Of a DNA stretch of 64,000 nt, positions 38,139 through 47,380 are shown one piece after another. The DNA comes from Fibrobacteria bacterium. GTDB lineage: Bacteria > Fibrobacterota > Chitinivibrionia > Chitinivibrionales > FEN-1185. Under the pieces are notes generated by a model. It worked only from the letters and a program-made list of their open reading frames with translations. It ran no database searches and had not been told where the DNA came from. A program made the position numbers and the translations under genes. The stretch is taken from assembly GCA_037447435.1 (NCBI GenBank), contig JBBIGR010000001.1, forward strand, positions 1 through 64,000, written 5' to 3'. Positions within the stretch are counted from its first letter, which is position 1. Every line of letters starts with the position of its first letter.

Positions 38139-39488
38139 ATGGCTAAAGTCCTTATCGTAGACGATCAATCGGCACAACGCAACATCATGGCGAGCATTCT
38201 CGGTTCCGAGGGGCATGTTCTTGCCGAGGCCCCGGACGTGGACTCTGCCTTAAGCCAAGTCCAGGAATTCAAACCCGACGTCATTTTGACCGATTTAAAA
38301 ATGGATGGTAAAAGCGGTCTCGTTTTGGTCGAGGAAATCGGCAAATTGCCGGTACCTCCGGAAATAGTCGTCATTACCGCTTTCGGGTCTGTCGAAACCG
38401 CGGTAAACGCCATGCGCCTCGGTGCATACGATTATTTAAATAAACCCTTGGAACGGGATGTTTTATTGCTTGTCGTGCAACGGGCTGCCGAAAAATTCTC
38501 ATTACGCATAGAGGGGCAGCAACTCCGAAACGAATTGACCAAGCAACTCACCGAAGGTCTCATTGCCGAATCCGCTCCAATGAAAAACGTGCTTGAAATC
38601 GTGAAAAAAGTGGCTTTGAGCGATTCGACGGTTCTTATTCGCGGCGAGTCGGGTACCGGCAAAGAACGAATCGCACGCCTGATCCATTACCTGAGCAGTC
38701 GCGGACGTAAACTGATGCAAAGCATCAATTGCGCCGCATTTCCCGAGACGCTTCTGGAAAGCGAACTTTTCGGATATGAAAAAGGCGCTTTTACCGGCGC
38801 TCAAAACAGGCATATCGGCCTAGTTGAGGATTCGTCGGGAAGTACGCTTTTTCTGGATGAAGTCGCAGATATGTCGCTTTCAACGCAAGCAAAGCTTTTA
38901 CGGGTTTTGCAGGAGCGGGAAATCCGCCGCGTCGGCGGAACAAAAAATATCCCCGTCGACCTTCGCATTATTGCTGCAACAAACAAGAATCTCGAAGAGG
39001 CTATAAAGCAAGGCGCATTTCGCGACGATTTGTTTTATCGTCTCAATATTATACCAATCACCATTCCTCCGCTTCGGGAAAGGCGTGAAGATATAGAACC
39101 GCTTGTCAATTTTTTCATTTCAAGAAGCGGCAAACCGAAAAAAGTCGATCCCGCTGCAATGGAATGTATAAAAAACTATACATGGTTTGGAAATGTGCGG
39201 GAGCTTGAAGCGGTAATGGAAAGAATCAGTGTTTTGTCGACCAATTCGGCAATTTCCGTCGATGACTTACCGGTGGAATTAACAAGCAATTCTTCGCCAT
39301 CCTCTTCGGCAATGACCTCATTTCCTTTACCCAAAGAAGGCATTGTTTTTGAAAATTGGGAAAAGGATATATTGTCTCAAGCTTTGGTTCAATGCAACGG
39401 TATAATGGCCGATGCGGCAAAACTCTTGGGAATGACCTATCGGACTTTTCAATACCGGGCCGAAAAATTCGGATTAAAAACCGAATGA
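38139..39488 (+). CDS. Sigma54-dependent response regulator (NtrC family)
   Basis: Receiver domain; GESGTGKE, ESELFG, GAFTGA, FRDDLFYRL, GNVREL; C-terminal HTH. Confidence 0.95.
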   Translation: MAKVLIVDDQSAQRNIMASILGSEGHVLAEAPDVDSALSQVQEFKPDVILTDLKMDGKSGLVLVEEIGKLPVPPEIVVITAFGSVETAVNAMRLGAYDYLNKPLERDVLLLVVQRAAEKFSLRIEGQQLRNELTKQLTEGLIAESAPMKNVLEIVKKVALSDSTVLIRGESGTGKERIARLIHYLSSRGRKLMQSINCAAFPETLLESELFGYEKGAFTGAQNRHIGLVEDSSGSTLFLDEVADMSLSTQAKLLRVLQEREIRRVGGTKNIPVDLRIIAATNKNLEEAIKQGAFRDDLFYRLNIIPITIPPLRERREDIEPLVNFFISRSGKPKKVDPAAMECIKNYTWFGNVRELEAVMERISVLSTNSAISVDDLPVELTSNSSPSSSAMTSFPLPKEGIVFENWEKDILSQALVQCNGIMADAAKLLGMTYRTFQYRAEKFGLKTE

Positions 39489-39494
39489 TGTCGA

Positions 39495-39542
39495 TTTCAT
39501 ATACGTTTTGGTGCATTTGAATACACCAAAACGTATATGAAA
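39495..39542. repeat. Perfect 19-bp inverted repeat (candidate upstream activator sequence)
   Basis: TTTCATATACGTTTTGGTG-N10-CACCAAAACGTATATGAAA. Confidence 0.8.
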
Positions 39543-39647
39543 CCTGCCAACTTTTCTTATTTATTATCACTTACTCCATTTTAAATATCATTGTAACTAT
39601 AATAAATGCAAATGATTACAATTAATATCCAATGCAATTTTTAATAA

Positions 39648-39664
39648 TTGGCAAAGCATTTGCT
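39648..39664 (+). promoter_or_regulatory. Sigma54 (-24/-12) promoter
   Basis: TTGGCAAAGCATTTGCT: GG-N10-GC in TGGCA/TTGC context, 66 nt before ATG 39731. Confidence 0.75.
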
Positions 39665-39730
39665 TAATTCTTAAGTCATAATAAATGTTTTCAAGCCCCA
39701 TTTTTAAACAATTTTTATAAGGAGTGTCTC

Positions 39731-40129
39731 ATGAAACTTTCTCGCATTCTTATCGCTGTTATCGCATGCTCAAGCTTCCTCTTCGCACAAGCAGCAACAA
39801 CAGAAGCTGCTCCTAAAGCTGAAAAAGCTGCAAAAAAAGAAGCCGCATCCACAATCAGCGGTTCCGTTGTTTCCGTTGATGCAATTGCAAACACAATCAT
39901 CGTAAAAGTTAAAAAAGCTGAAGACACAGTAAGTGTTGAAGCTGGTGCAAAGATTCTTAGCGGCAAGAAAGAAATCGCTCTTGGCGATATCAAAGCAGAC
40001 GCAAAAGTAACTATTACAACTAAAGTTGTCGACGGCAAAAAAGTCGCAACCAAAATTGTAGAAAAAGCCGCTGCAGAGAAAAAAGCAGAGAAGAAAGAAA
40101 AAGCAGAAGCTGCTCCTGCTGCAAAGTAA
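39731..40129 (+). CDS. Small secreted Ala/Lys-rich protein with DUF5666-like beta domain (paralogue 2)
   Basis: MKLSRILIAVIACSSFLFA...ISGSVVS...DGKKVATKIVEK; clearly homologous to 35960..36487. Confidence 0.85.
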   Translation: MKLSRILIAVIACSSFLFAQAATTEAAPKAEKAAKKEAASTISGSVVSVDAIANTIIVKVKKAEDTVSVEAGAKILSGKKEIALGDIKADAKVTITTKVVDGKKVATKIVEKAAAEKKAEKKEKAEAAPAAK

Positions 40130-40181
40130 TTTGTTTCAGTTTTAGTTTTTTTTCGAATTCATTTTATGGGGTTTGCATCTG

Positions 40182-40213
40182 ACTCCGTCCGGCCCAGCCG
40201 GGCGGAGTTTTTT
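40182..40213 (+). terminator. Intrinsic terminator
   Basis: ACTCCGTCCGGC-cca-GCCGGGCGGAGT then T run. Confidence 0.85.
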
Positions 40214-40254
40214 ATTTTGTGCATAAAATGAGTCTACTGAATCGCGACCAATAT

Positions 40255-41061
40255 TCAATGAGGATGAGGATGGGAATGAGGATGGACATGTTTGATATTC
40301 AAATGCCGGTGCACATGCACATGCACCAAATTATTGGTTTGCAAAAAAGGATTGTCTGAAAGGATTTCTTCTGCCGAGCCGCTTCTGATAATCGTTTTGT
40401 CATCGCCGAAAACATGCACTATATCCGCAATTTCTTCGACTATATGCAGGTCATGCGTTGCCATCACGACGGTTTTCCCTGCTTTATGCGCTTTGTCCAA
40501 AACATCGATAATATCCCGGTTTGTTTGCGGATCAAGGCCTGCAGTCGGTTCATCGAGGAGAAGGATTTCGGGTTCCATGATCAACGTCGACGCGATAGCG
40601 GCCTTTTTCTTTTCTCCTATGGATAGTTGATGCGGCGACCGTTGCAACAAATGAGAAATCCTCATCTTTTCAACGATACTCTCAAGCCTTTTGTTAATTT
40701 CATCGTGCGCAATTCCGAACTGAAGCGGTCCGAAAACAATATCTTCCTTGACAGTCGGGCAAAACAGCTGAACATCGGGATTCTGGAAAACAAACCCTAC
40801 TTTCCGTCTGAATTCTCTTTGAAAACCGGGGTCCCTCATAGCGCGTTCGGTTATCGTTTTTCCCGCCATGGTCATGGTACCGGATGTCGGAAAAATAAGC
40901 GCGTCGAGCATTGTCAGCAGAGTGGATTTACCCGTTCCATTTGCGCCGATTATCGCTATTCGCTGCCCTTTTTCTATGTCAAACGACAGACCTTTAAGTG
41001 CGATAATATTTTGCGAAAATGAATATGAAACATCCTTCAGTGAAAAAATCGATTCGCCCAT
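40255..41061 (-). CDS. nikO: ECF Ni/Co transporter ATPase (NikO/CbiO) with His-rich tail
   Basis: GANGTGKST, FQNPDVQLF, LLLDEPTAGLD. Confidence 0.88.
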   Translation of the reverse strand: MGESIFSLKDVSYSFSQNIIALKGLSFDIEKGQRIAIIGANGTGKSTLLTMLDALIFPTSGTMTMAGKTITERAMRDPGFQREFRRKVGFVFQNPDVQLFCPTVKEDIVFGPLQFGIAHDEINKRLESIVEKMRISHLLQRSPHQLSIGEKKKAAIASTLIMEPEILLLDEPTAGLDPQTNRDIIDVLDKAHKAGKTVVMATHDLHIVEEIADIVHVFGDDKTIIRSGSAEEILSDNPFLQTNNLVHVHVHRHLNIKHVHPHSHPHPH

Positions 41062-41873
41062 ACGGCTCCAATTAAAATGATGAATGAAAGAATCAGCATG
41101 ATTTTGTCCGCAATCGTGCTGCGGAATTCGTCGAGGACATAGGCTTCTCCATTATATCCCCTCGAGATCATTGCATCGTACACTGCGGTATGCAACCGGT
41201 ACGAGCGAAGCCATAGCCCTGCCATATGTGCGGTAGCGATTCTTCGTCCTTCTGTTGACGATGAAACAAATCCGACCCTGCTTTTTATCCCAATGAACAT
41301 TTTTTGGATAATGTCGAGAAACAGGAAAATATAGCGGTAGCTCATACCGATGGTCATGACAAAAAGTTGCGGCACTTTAAATATTCTCAGTACTTTCAAC
41401 AAGACATGTTGCCGCGTCGTTAAAACTAACAGAACGGACATCGAGACGCAATCCAAAACACGCATACAGAATATTCCGGCAGCATCAATTCCCTGACGAG
41501 TGACCGACAGTTTCAACCCAAACACATGCCACGACGCCACCACCGTTCCGGGAGAAACAGCATCGAAAATCGCGGGAACGACAATTACAAAAGAGAAAAT
41601 AGGTACAAAAAGCAACGTCCGCTTCAGAAAGAACCCGATGCGGATATTTGAAAACGGAACCAGCAATACGATAATCGCATAGAGGGACAATAATACGGCG
41701 GCATTATTGCACAAAACCATCGCTATAAGTAAACTTATGGAAGCGCAACTTTTATACCGGGGGTCACGCTCCTGTAAAAAGCCTCTTTGCAATGCATACC
41801 GTTCCACTGAAACCGTATCTTTTAATACCGAAACCGTGCCAAGAATAGTCCGCTCGATAAATCCGGACACCAT
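41037..41873 (-). CDS. nikQ: ECF Ni/Co transporter T component (NikQ/CbiQ)
   Basis: DPRYK, YRYIF, KSR and AMISRGY motifs. Confidence 0.88.
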   Translation of the reverse strand: MVSGFIERTILGTVSVLKDTVSVERYALQRGFLQERDPRYKSCASISLLIAMVLCNNAAVLLSLYAIIVLLVPFSNIRIGFFLKRTLLFVPIFSFVIVVPAIFDAVSPGTVVASWHVFGLKLSVTRQGIDAAGIFCMRVLDCVSMSVLLVLTTRQHVLLKVLRIFKVPQLFVMTIGMSYRYIFLFLDIIQKMFIGIKSRVGFVSSSTEGRRIATAHMAGLWLRSYRLHTAVYDAMISRGYNGEAYVLDEFRSTIADKIMLILSFIILIGAVWANRFFH

Positions 41874-41882
41874 GGTCCCCCT

Positions 41883-42224
41883 TTATCGTTTTTTTTCTTT
41901 TTTAGAAAGAATTTTTCCTATGATGAATGCAATGCCGACGCAAGCGGCGATGCCAATTATCCCGGATAAAAAATAGCCGAATCCCCGATGAGCCGCATCC
42001 TTGCCAAACCAACCGTGCGCGCCATAGCCCGACACCGGAGCTTTCCAGACGCCGGATACCTTTTCAAGTTCGCCGGGAATATAGCCGACAAGCATTTTAA
42101 TCTCTTGGGCAGACCATTCTCCCCATGCCGACTTCGAGTTTAATTTATAGGGTACATACAATCCAAGCGGCGTTATTACGGCAAGAAAGGCTATACCTAT
42201 CCAAAGTTTCGATAGGGTTTTCAT
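41883..42224 (-). CDS. ECF Ni/Co transporter small membrane component (NikN/PDGLE-like)
   Basis: TPLGL...AWGEW...APVSGY; two TM; operon position. Confidence 0.75.
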   Translation of the reverse strand: MKTLSKLWIGIAFLAVITPLGLYVPYKLNSKSAWGEWSAQEIKMLVGYIPGELEKVSGVWKAPVSGYGAHGWFGKDAAHRGFGYFLSGIIGIAACVGIAFIIGKILSKKEKKR

Positions 42225-42910
42225 TCGACAGTATCCGGTATAGTACGTAACAAATCCGGATCCTGACCCTGGAGAAATTTAACGACCAAAGCAGTAACTA
42301 CCATCTCTATCCAGCCGAAAACAAGCATATGTTCACCAACCATTGCCAATACTGCTATTTTTATGGAATACGGACAATACAATGCCTGGCCCGACGCCGT
42401 GTGATGCAAAATAGGTTGAACGCCAAATTCCAATCCCGCGCTTAATGCGGCAGCCACCAGACCAAAGTATCCTCCAACACCGGCCGCAAATAATCGCCGG
42501 AATGATTTTATCGGACTTTTTTGACTGATGAGGCGGTACAAGGCATATCCGATGAAGGGCATTACAAAAGCCATATTAAAGCAATTGGCGCCTAATGCGG
42601 TAAGACCACCATCCCCAAATAAAAACGCCTGGATGACTAGCGCAACACTCACCGCAATGCAAGCGGCCCACGGTCCTAAAAGAATGGCGACTAACACTCC
42701 GCCAACCGCATGACCGGAAGTCCCGCCCGGAATCGGAATATTAAACATCATAATTACAAAGGAAAAGGCCGCTCCGATTGCCAATAAAGGAACTTGTTTT
42801 GCTGCAAGCGATTTTTTTACTTTTCTTGAGGCTATTGTCCAAACCGGCAGCATGACTGCGTAAAATGCGCCGCAGGAAATTGGGCCAAGATACCCATCAG
42901 GTATATGCAT
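42221..42910 (-). CDS. nikM: ECF Ni/Co transporter substrate-binding component (NikM/CbiM)
   Basis: N-terminal MHIPDG, GTSGHAVGG, QAFLFGDGG.TALGAN. Confidence 0.88.
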   Translation of the reverse strand: MHIPDGYLGPISCGAFYAVMLPVWTIASRKVKKSLAAKQVPLLAIGAAFSFVIMMFNIPIPGGTSGHAVGGVLVAILLGPWAACIAVSVALVIQAFLFGDGGLTALGANCFNMAFVMPFIGYALYRLISQKSPIKSFRRLFAAGVGGYFGLVAAALSAGLEFGVQPILHHTASGQALYCPYSIKIAVLAMVGEHMLVFGWIEMVVTALVVKFLQGQDPDLLRTIPDTVE

Positions 42911-42955
42911 GCAAAGCTCCCTATTAAAAAAACCTTAAATAGGTTTTCAGCGAAC

Positions 42956-42982
42956 GTGCCATTAAAATATATTTCGTAGCAC
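42956..42982. promoter_or_regulatory. Candidate NikR operator
   Basis: GTGCCAT-N13(AT-rich)-GTAGCAC imperfect palindrome 45 nt upstream of nikM. Confidence 0.55.
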
Positions 42983-43021
42983 TTAAATTGATAGTTCGGC
43001 AAACCTATTTATTTTTTATGT

Positions 43022-44290
43022 TTAAAAAGATATCTTAGGAAAAAATCGAATTCCGGTTCTTCTAACAATAATTAGCATCAAAATCATAAGAAATAATTCG
43101 ACACAAAGAAAAGAAATTGCAGCGCCTGTAGCTTGAAAATGAGGAATTAGTAAAGGCAGCAAAACCAAAGAGAATATACCTGAGCCTATTAATGTTATTG
43201 TAAATTGTTTTTGGAGCTTACAATTCAACATTATTTGTGTTCCAAAAATATTATCCCAAAATACGCTCAAAGGTAAAAAGGACATTATCCGTATGAGCAA
43301 GGAAATTTGCTGAGACTTTTCGCCTGTGACAATTAAAACAAGATAGTCAGCAAATATCCAAATGCAACAGCAACCGGTACCAAACACCATTGTCCCCCAA
43401 ACAAAAACTTTTTTAATAAAACGAAGAGCCTCCGCTTTTGATTGGGAAAACAACAACGAAGTCTTAGGGAAAATTGCGCTTCCAATCGGCCCAGTAAGCC
43501 CAATAAATGCCCGAATGATTTTCTCTGCTATTGCATACAGACCAACAATTTGGTTACTGCAAAATATGCCGAGCACGAATGTGTTTGTATTAGTAAATAG
43601 CGTAACGCTTAATTGGGAAATAAAAATATGGAATCCGTTTTTCAGATTTTCCCGGCAAAAGGAAACTCTCGGACGAATATATTTAATTTTAAAAATTCTG
43701 ATTGCAATGAAAAATCCAATTAAACTAACCGCACATACTCCAATCGCATTTAAATAAGCAAACCACATATAATCATTTTTTTCTTTAATAAAAATAAAGT
43801 ATAAAACGGATACGGCAACCTTAGCCCCGAGGTTTAGAACCGTGATATACCCCATTCTTTCCATTCCTTGAAATAGCCATGTTGGAAAAAACACACTTCC
43901 GGCTACTCCCAAAAAAAGCCAGCAATATAACACTCCATTATTGTGAAACCGAGGAATGAAAGTCACTATGCATAAGAGAATAATAAAGCAGCAAATAGCA
44001 AGTAAGCTTTTAATCGTTACAATCGAATAATAATGTTCAGACAGCCACTCATCATTCTCTCGATGGATGGAAACCTCTCGCGTTGCAGATAAATTGAATC
44101 CATAATCTATTACTGTCTGAAAATATGTTTGAACAGAACCTGCAAAAGCAAGCAAGCCAAAATTCCCTGCCCCCAAAACCCGTATTAGGTATGGAACAGT
44201 AACCAATGGTAAAAGGTAATTTATTCCCTGCAGTAAATACAGTGACGCGGCGTTTTTGTATAGAGCTTTATTTCTTGCAATTTTAACCAT
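43022..44290 (-). CDS. wzx: Wzx-type oligosaccharide flippase
   Basis: NYLLPLVTVPYLIRVLG..NFG, DYGFNLSATR, WLFQGMERM; many TM segments. Confidence 0.88.
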   Translation of the reverse strand: MVKIARNKALYKNAASLYLLQGINYLLPLVTVPYLIRVLGAGNFGLLAFAGSVQTYFQTVIDYGFNLSATREVSIHRENDEWLSEHYYSIVTIKSLLAICCFIILLCIVTFIPRFHNNGVLYCWLFLGVAGSVFFPTWLFQGMERMGYITVLNLGAKVAVSVLYFIFIKEKNDYMWFAYLNAIGVCAVSLIGFFIAIRIFKIKYIRPRVSFCRENLKNGFHIFISQLSVTLFTNTNTFVLGIFCSNQIVGLYAIAEKIIRAFIGLTGPIGSAIFPKTSLLFSQSKAEALRFIKKVFVWGTMVFGTGCCCIWIFADYLVLIVTGEKSQQISLLIRIMSFLPLSVFWDNIFGTQIMLNCKLQKQFTITLIGSGIFSLVLLPLLIPHFQATGAAISFLCVELFLMILMLIIVRRTGIRFFPKISF

Positions 44291-44385
44291 TATCACACTT
44301 GAAACCAACGTACAATTTTTAATAATAAAATTTCTATAAATTAACGATCATGTCAAAGAAGCCTTGCCTTTAAATTGTATGGTTT

Positions 44386-45981
44386 TTAATTTCCCTTGGA
44401 ATAAACATAAATCGCGAAAACAACCGAAATTGTCGTAACGATGGCTTGAAATACAGGCAGGATAATGGTTATAAATCGTTTTGACTCTTGCGAATCCGGT
44501 ATAACTAGAATATCACCATCATTAATTTCTTTTATATTCTTGATTTGATATACATCTTTGTATGCAGAAATGACGAAAGAATTTGTTTTATCCGCTTTTG
44601 GAGTAAGGCCTCCGGCTTTTTCAAAATAATAACTTGCACCTTTTCCGCTTATAAATTCATAAGCGCCAGGGTTTCTAACATTACCGCTTATATAGATAAA
44701 CCTATCTTTTTTTGGAACCACTATTTCGTCGTTTTTTTCAAGCATCAACTTGTTTTTAATATCGCCGACCGTAATTATTGAATAATCACTTGAAACCCCG
44801 ACTTTAATAATTGCCGAGTTTATTTCTGGTCTAACTGAACTGTTTTCTGCAATTGGAACTTGAGGTGAAAGCTGTTGCGTTTTTCGAGATATTTTACTCC
44901 GCCTAATTATGACTATTCGATTTAAATTTGCATAATTTGTAGTTCCTCCGGCTAAATCCAAAATATTTTGTAGCGATGTTTCTTCTTTAATCATGGGATA
45001 AATTCCGGGTTTCTTCACTTCGCCGGAAACCATAACCTGCAATTGTTGAGAATAATTTTCTTTTTCCGGAATAATTATCATATCGTTGTGTTGCAGAACC
45101 AGATTTTTCGCAATTTTGTGATCAATTGTTTTGATTTCCGGGGAGTTTGTATTGCTGCCGGTTTTAATTATTATTATCGACGTATCAGCTGATGGCGTTG
45201 CATTGAACAACGAGAGCAACTCACTCACTGTTTCGTTTTTCTTTATCGGGAAAACGATATCGGTCGTGTCTTTAACTATTATCGCTCCCCCTAAAAACAC
45301 CTTTGAAACGGCATTGTTTACCTGAATATTGTCTCCCGGGTATAGATACGGATTTTCCTTAATGTTGCCTCTGTAAATATACTGCATCAAATCATACGAA
45401 CACGTCGAGTCTCCATTAGTGACTAAAACCTGCCTTAAATCGATTTCCGAAATTGGAGAAAGAATCGAATTATTTGCAACTTTGACGGCATCCAAAACCC
45501 GCATTTTCCCCGGCAATTTTATCGTACCCGGGTTCTTGACTACTCCAAAAACAGAAATCATAACGTCTTTAGTTTTTATCAGGGAAATCGAAACATCCCC
45601 TTTTTTAATCTTTACTCTTTTTTGAACATATTCCCGCAACATTCCTTTGGCAATTCTTAAATTTACCTTTGATAAATTTACTATTCCAAAATCAGGCAAA
45701 ACAACGCAATTATTATCGTCTACGATTACTTTAATTTGATGATTAAGATCATCAGGAATTGTAATTAGAAAGACATCTCCGGAACCGATAAAATATTGAT
45801 TGGAATCTATAGAATTTTCGTACAATTCATTTTGTATAAAACTGATCTGACCATTTGTTGAAGGAAATTTCTGATCACCGAAAAATGATGGGGACGAAGG
45901 ACCCGAAATTATCGGAGAACAAAAAGCCTGATGGAAAATGAAAAGACCAATCAAAAAGAATCCTATTTTTGACATTTTCAT
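44386..45981 (-). CDS. SLBB-domain polysaccharide export protein (Wza/KpsD-like)
   Basis: YFIGSGD; repeated V.G.VK.PG SLBB motifs; AGG. Confidence 0.8.
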   Translation of the reverse strand: MKMSKIGFFLIGLFIFHQAFCSPIISGPSSPSFFGDQKFPSTNGQISFIQNELYENSIDSNQYFIGSGDVFLITIPDDLNHQIKVIVDDNNCVVLPDFGIVNLSKVNLRIAKGMLREYVQKRVKIKKGDVSISLIKTKDVMISVFGVVKNPGTIKLPGKMRVLDAVKVANNSILSPISEIDLRQVLVTNGDSTCSYDLMQYIYRGNIKENPYLYPGDNIQVNNAVSKVFLGGAIIVKDTTDIVFPIKKNETVSELLSLFNATPSADTSIIIIKTGSNTNSPEIKTIDHKIAKNLVLQHNDMIIIPEKENYSQQLQVMVSGEVKKPGIYPMIKEETSLQNILDLAGGTTNYANLNRIVIIRRSKISRKTQQLSPQVPIAENSSVRPEINSAIIKVGVSSDYSIITVGDIKNKLMLEKNDEIVVPKKDRFIYISGNVRNPGAYEFISGKGASYYFEKAGGLTPKADKTNSFVISAYKDVYQIKNIKEINDGDILVIPDSQESKRFITIILPVFQAIVTTISVVFAIYVYSKGN

Positions 45982-46177
45982 TTAGCTCCTTTTAATATTT
46001 TATATATGTCTGCTTAAAATAAATCGAGCCACATAAAAACCTAACCCACACTTTTTAATATATCTTTTACTAACAATATGGCGTAATTTAGCTGGATTTA
46101 AGACTTAGCCTTTTGGGCAAATAATATTTTACACTTTATATGATAGCATATGATAGCTATGAAAGATAAATGATTAA

Positions 46178-47344
46178 ATGAATATTCTCTCCTATATTCA
46201 ATTTCTTTTAAAAAAGAAACGTCTTTTCCTATGGAATTTTCTTTTTATCTCCTTAATTGCATGGATATATTGTTTCTTTATTGCAAAAAAAGAATATCTC
46301 GCTGAAATTACCTTCCTTCCTCCAGCGTCAAACGAGATTTCAGCCTCCACTGCAATGTTTGGGTTTTCACTTCCCAACTTATCCTCGCCAAATATCCTTT
46401 CTGAGCAAATTTATACTATCTTCGAAAGCAATGCTACCAAAAGAAGCATTATCAACCACTTTGATCTTTATCAGAAATTTAAATTAACCAAATCTAAGAA
46501 TAAATTCGAGCTTGCAAAAAAAAGGCTCAACAAACTTATTTCAATGGATCTGAATCAAACGAGCAGCTTAGGGTTTCAACAAAATACAATTTCTTTTTCC
46601 ATCCAATGTTATTCGACATCCCCAGACACAGCGGCTCTTATGGCGAATTATTCATTTTCATTGGTTGATTCAGCAATTCAAAGAATCAGCATCGATCGCG
46701 CGAGCCGAAATAGAATGTTCGTGGAATCCCAGCTTCTAAAAAGTAAATCGACTCTTGATAGCTTAGAAACGGCATTTGAAGTCTTCCAAAAAGAAAACAA
46801 AGCGTATGTTATGCCAGAACAGCTTAAATTATCCTTAAACTCCTATGCTTCAATAAAAGCAAACGCGTTGCTAACTGAAATGCAAATCCGTTCTATCCAA
46901 AGGGAAAGGGACTCTTCTCAGCAAATTCAGGACTTACAAAAAAATTTATCAGTATTAAACGAAAAAATGAAATCCATCGAAACTTCTGAATCTCCTTCCG
47001 TTTTACCCGGCCTAAACCTTTCCGCAAAACTAATTCCAAAATTTACAAATCTCACAAGAGATATTGAAGCTCAAGACCAGATTATTTTATTTTTAATAAA
47101 GGAAGTAGAGCAAGCCAGGATACAAGAAGCTAAAAACGTATCTTCTCTGGTTGTCATTGATCCTGCCGTCCGTCCAGAATATAAAATTCGCCCTAAACGT
47201 CTTCCCGTAATGGCTATGATAATTTTATTAGAAACAGGCTTTTTGATAATAATTCTAACATATCAATTCACTTTCAATTTTGCGCTTGAACACAATCAAA
47301 AATTTTCAGATTTTATAAAAATCCTCCATGGTAAAAAAACCTGA
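46178..47344 (+). CDS. Polysaccharide co-polymerase (Wzz/GNVR-like)
   Basis: Two terminal TM segments, coiled coil, VVIDPAVRPEYKIRPKR. Confidence 0.8.
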   Translation: MNILSYIQFLLKKKRLFLWNFLFISLIAWIYCFFIAKKEYLAEITFLPPASNEISASTAMFGFSLPNLSSPNILSEQIYTIFESNATKRSIINHFDLYQKFKLTKSKNKFELAKKRLNKLISMDLNQTSSLGFQQNTISFSIQCYSTSPDTAALMANYSFSLVDSAIQRISIDRASRNRMFVESQLLKSKSTLDSLETAFEVFQKENKAYVMPEQLKLSLNSYASIKANALLTEMQIRSIQRERDSSQQIQDLQKNLSVLNEKMKSIETSESPSVLPGLNLSAKLIPKFTNLTRDIEAQDQIILFLIKEVEQARIQEAKNVSSLVVIDPAVRPEYKIRPKRLPVMAMIILLETGFLIIILTYQFTFNFALEHNQKFSDFIKILHGKKT

Positions 47345-47380
47345 ACTTCTCCCTAGCTGAACTCATTAAAAGAAGGCTTT

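Noticed and set aside
42911..43021. Cobalamin riboswitch upstream of cbiM/nikM
   Set aside because: The gap is only about 110 nt, AT-rich, and lacks a B12 box; a NikR-like palindrome and MHIPDG N-terminus favour nickel control.
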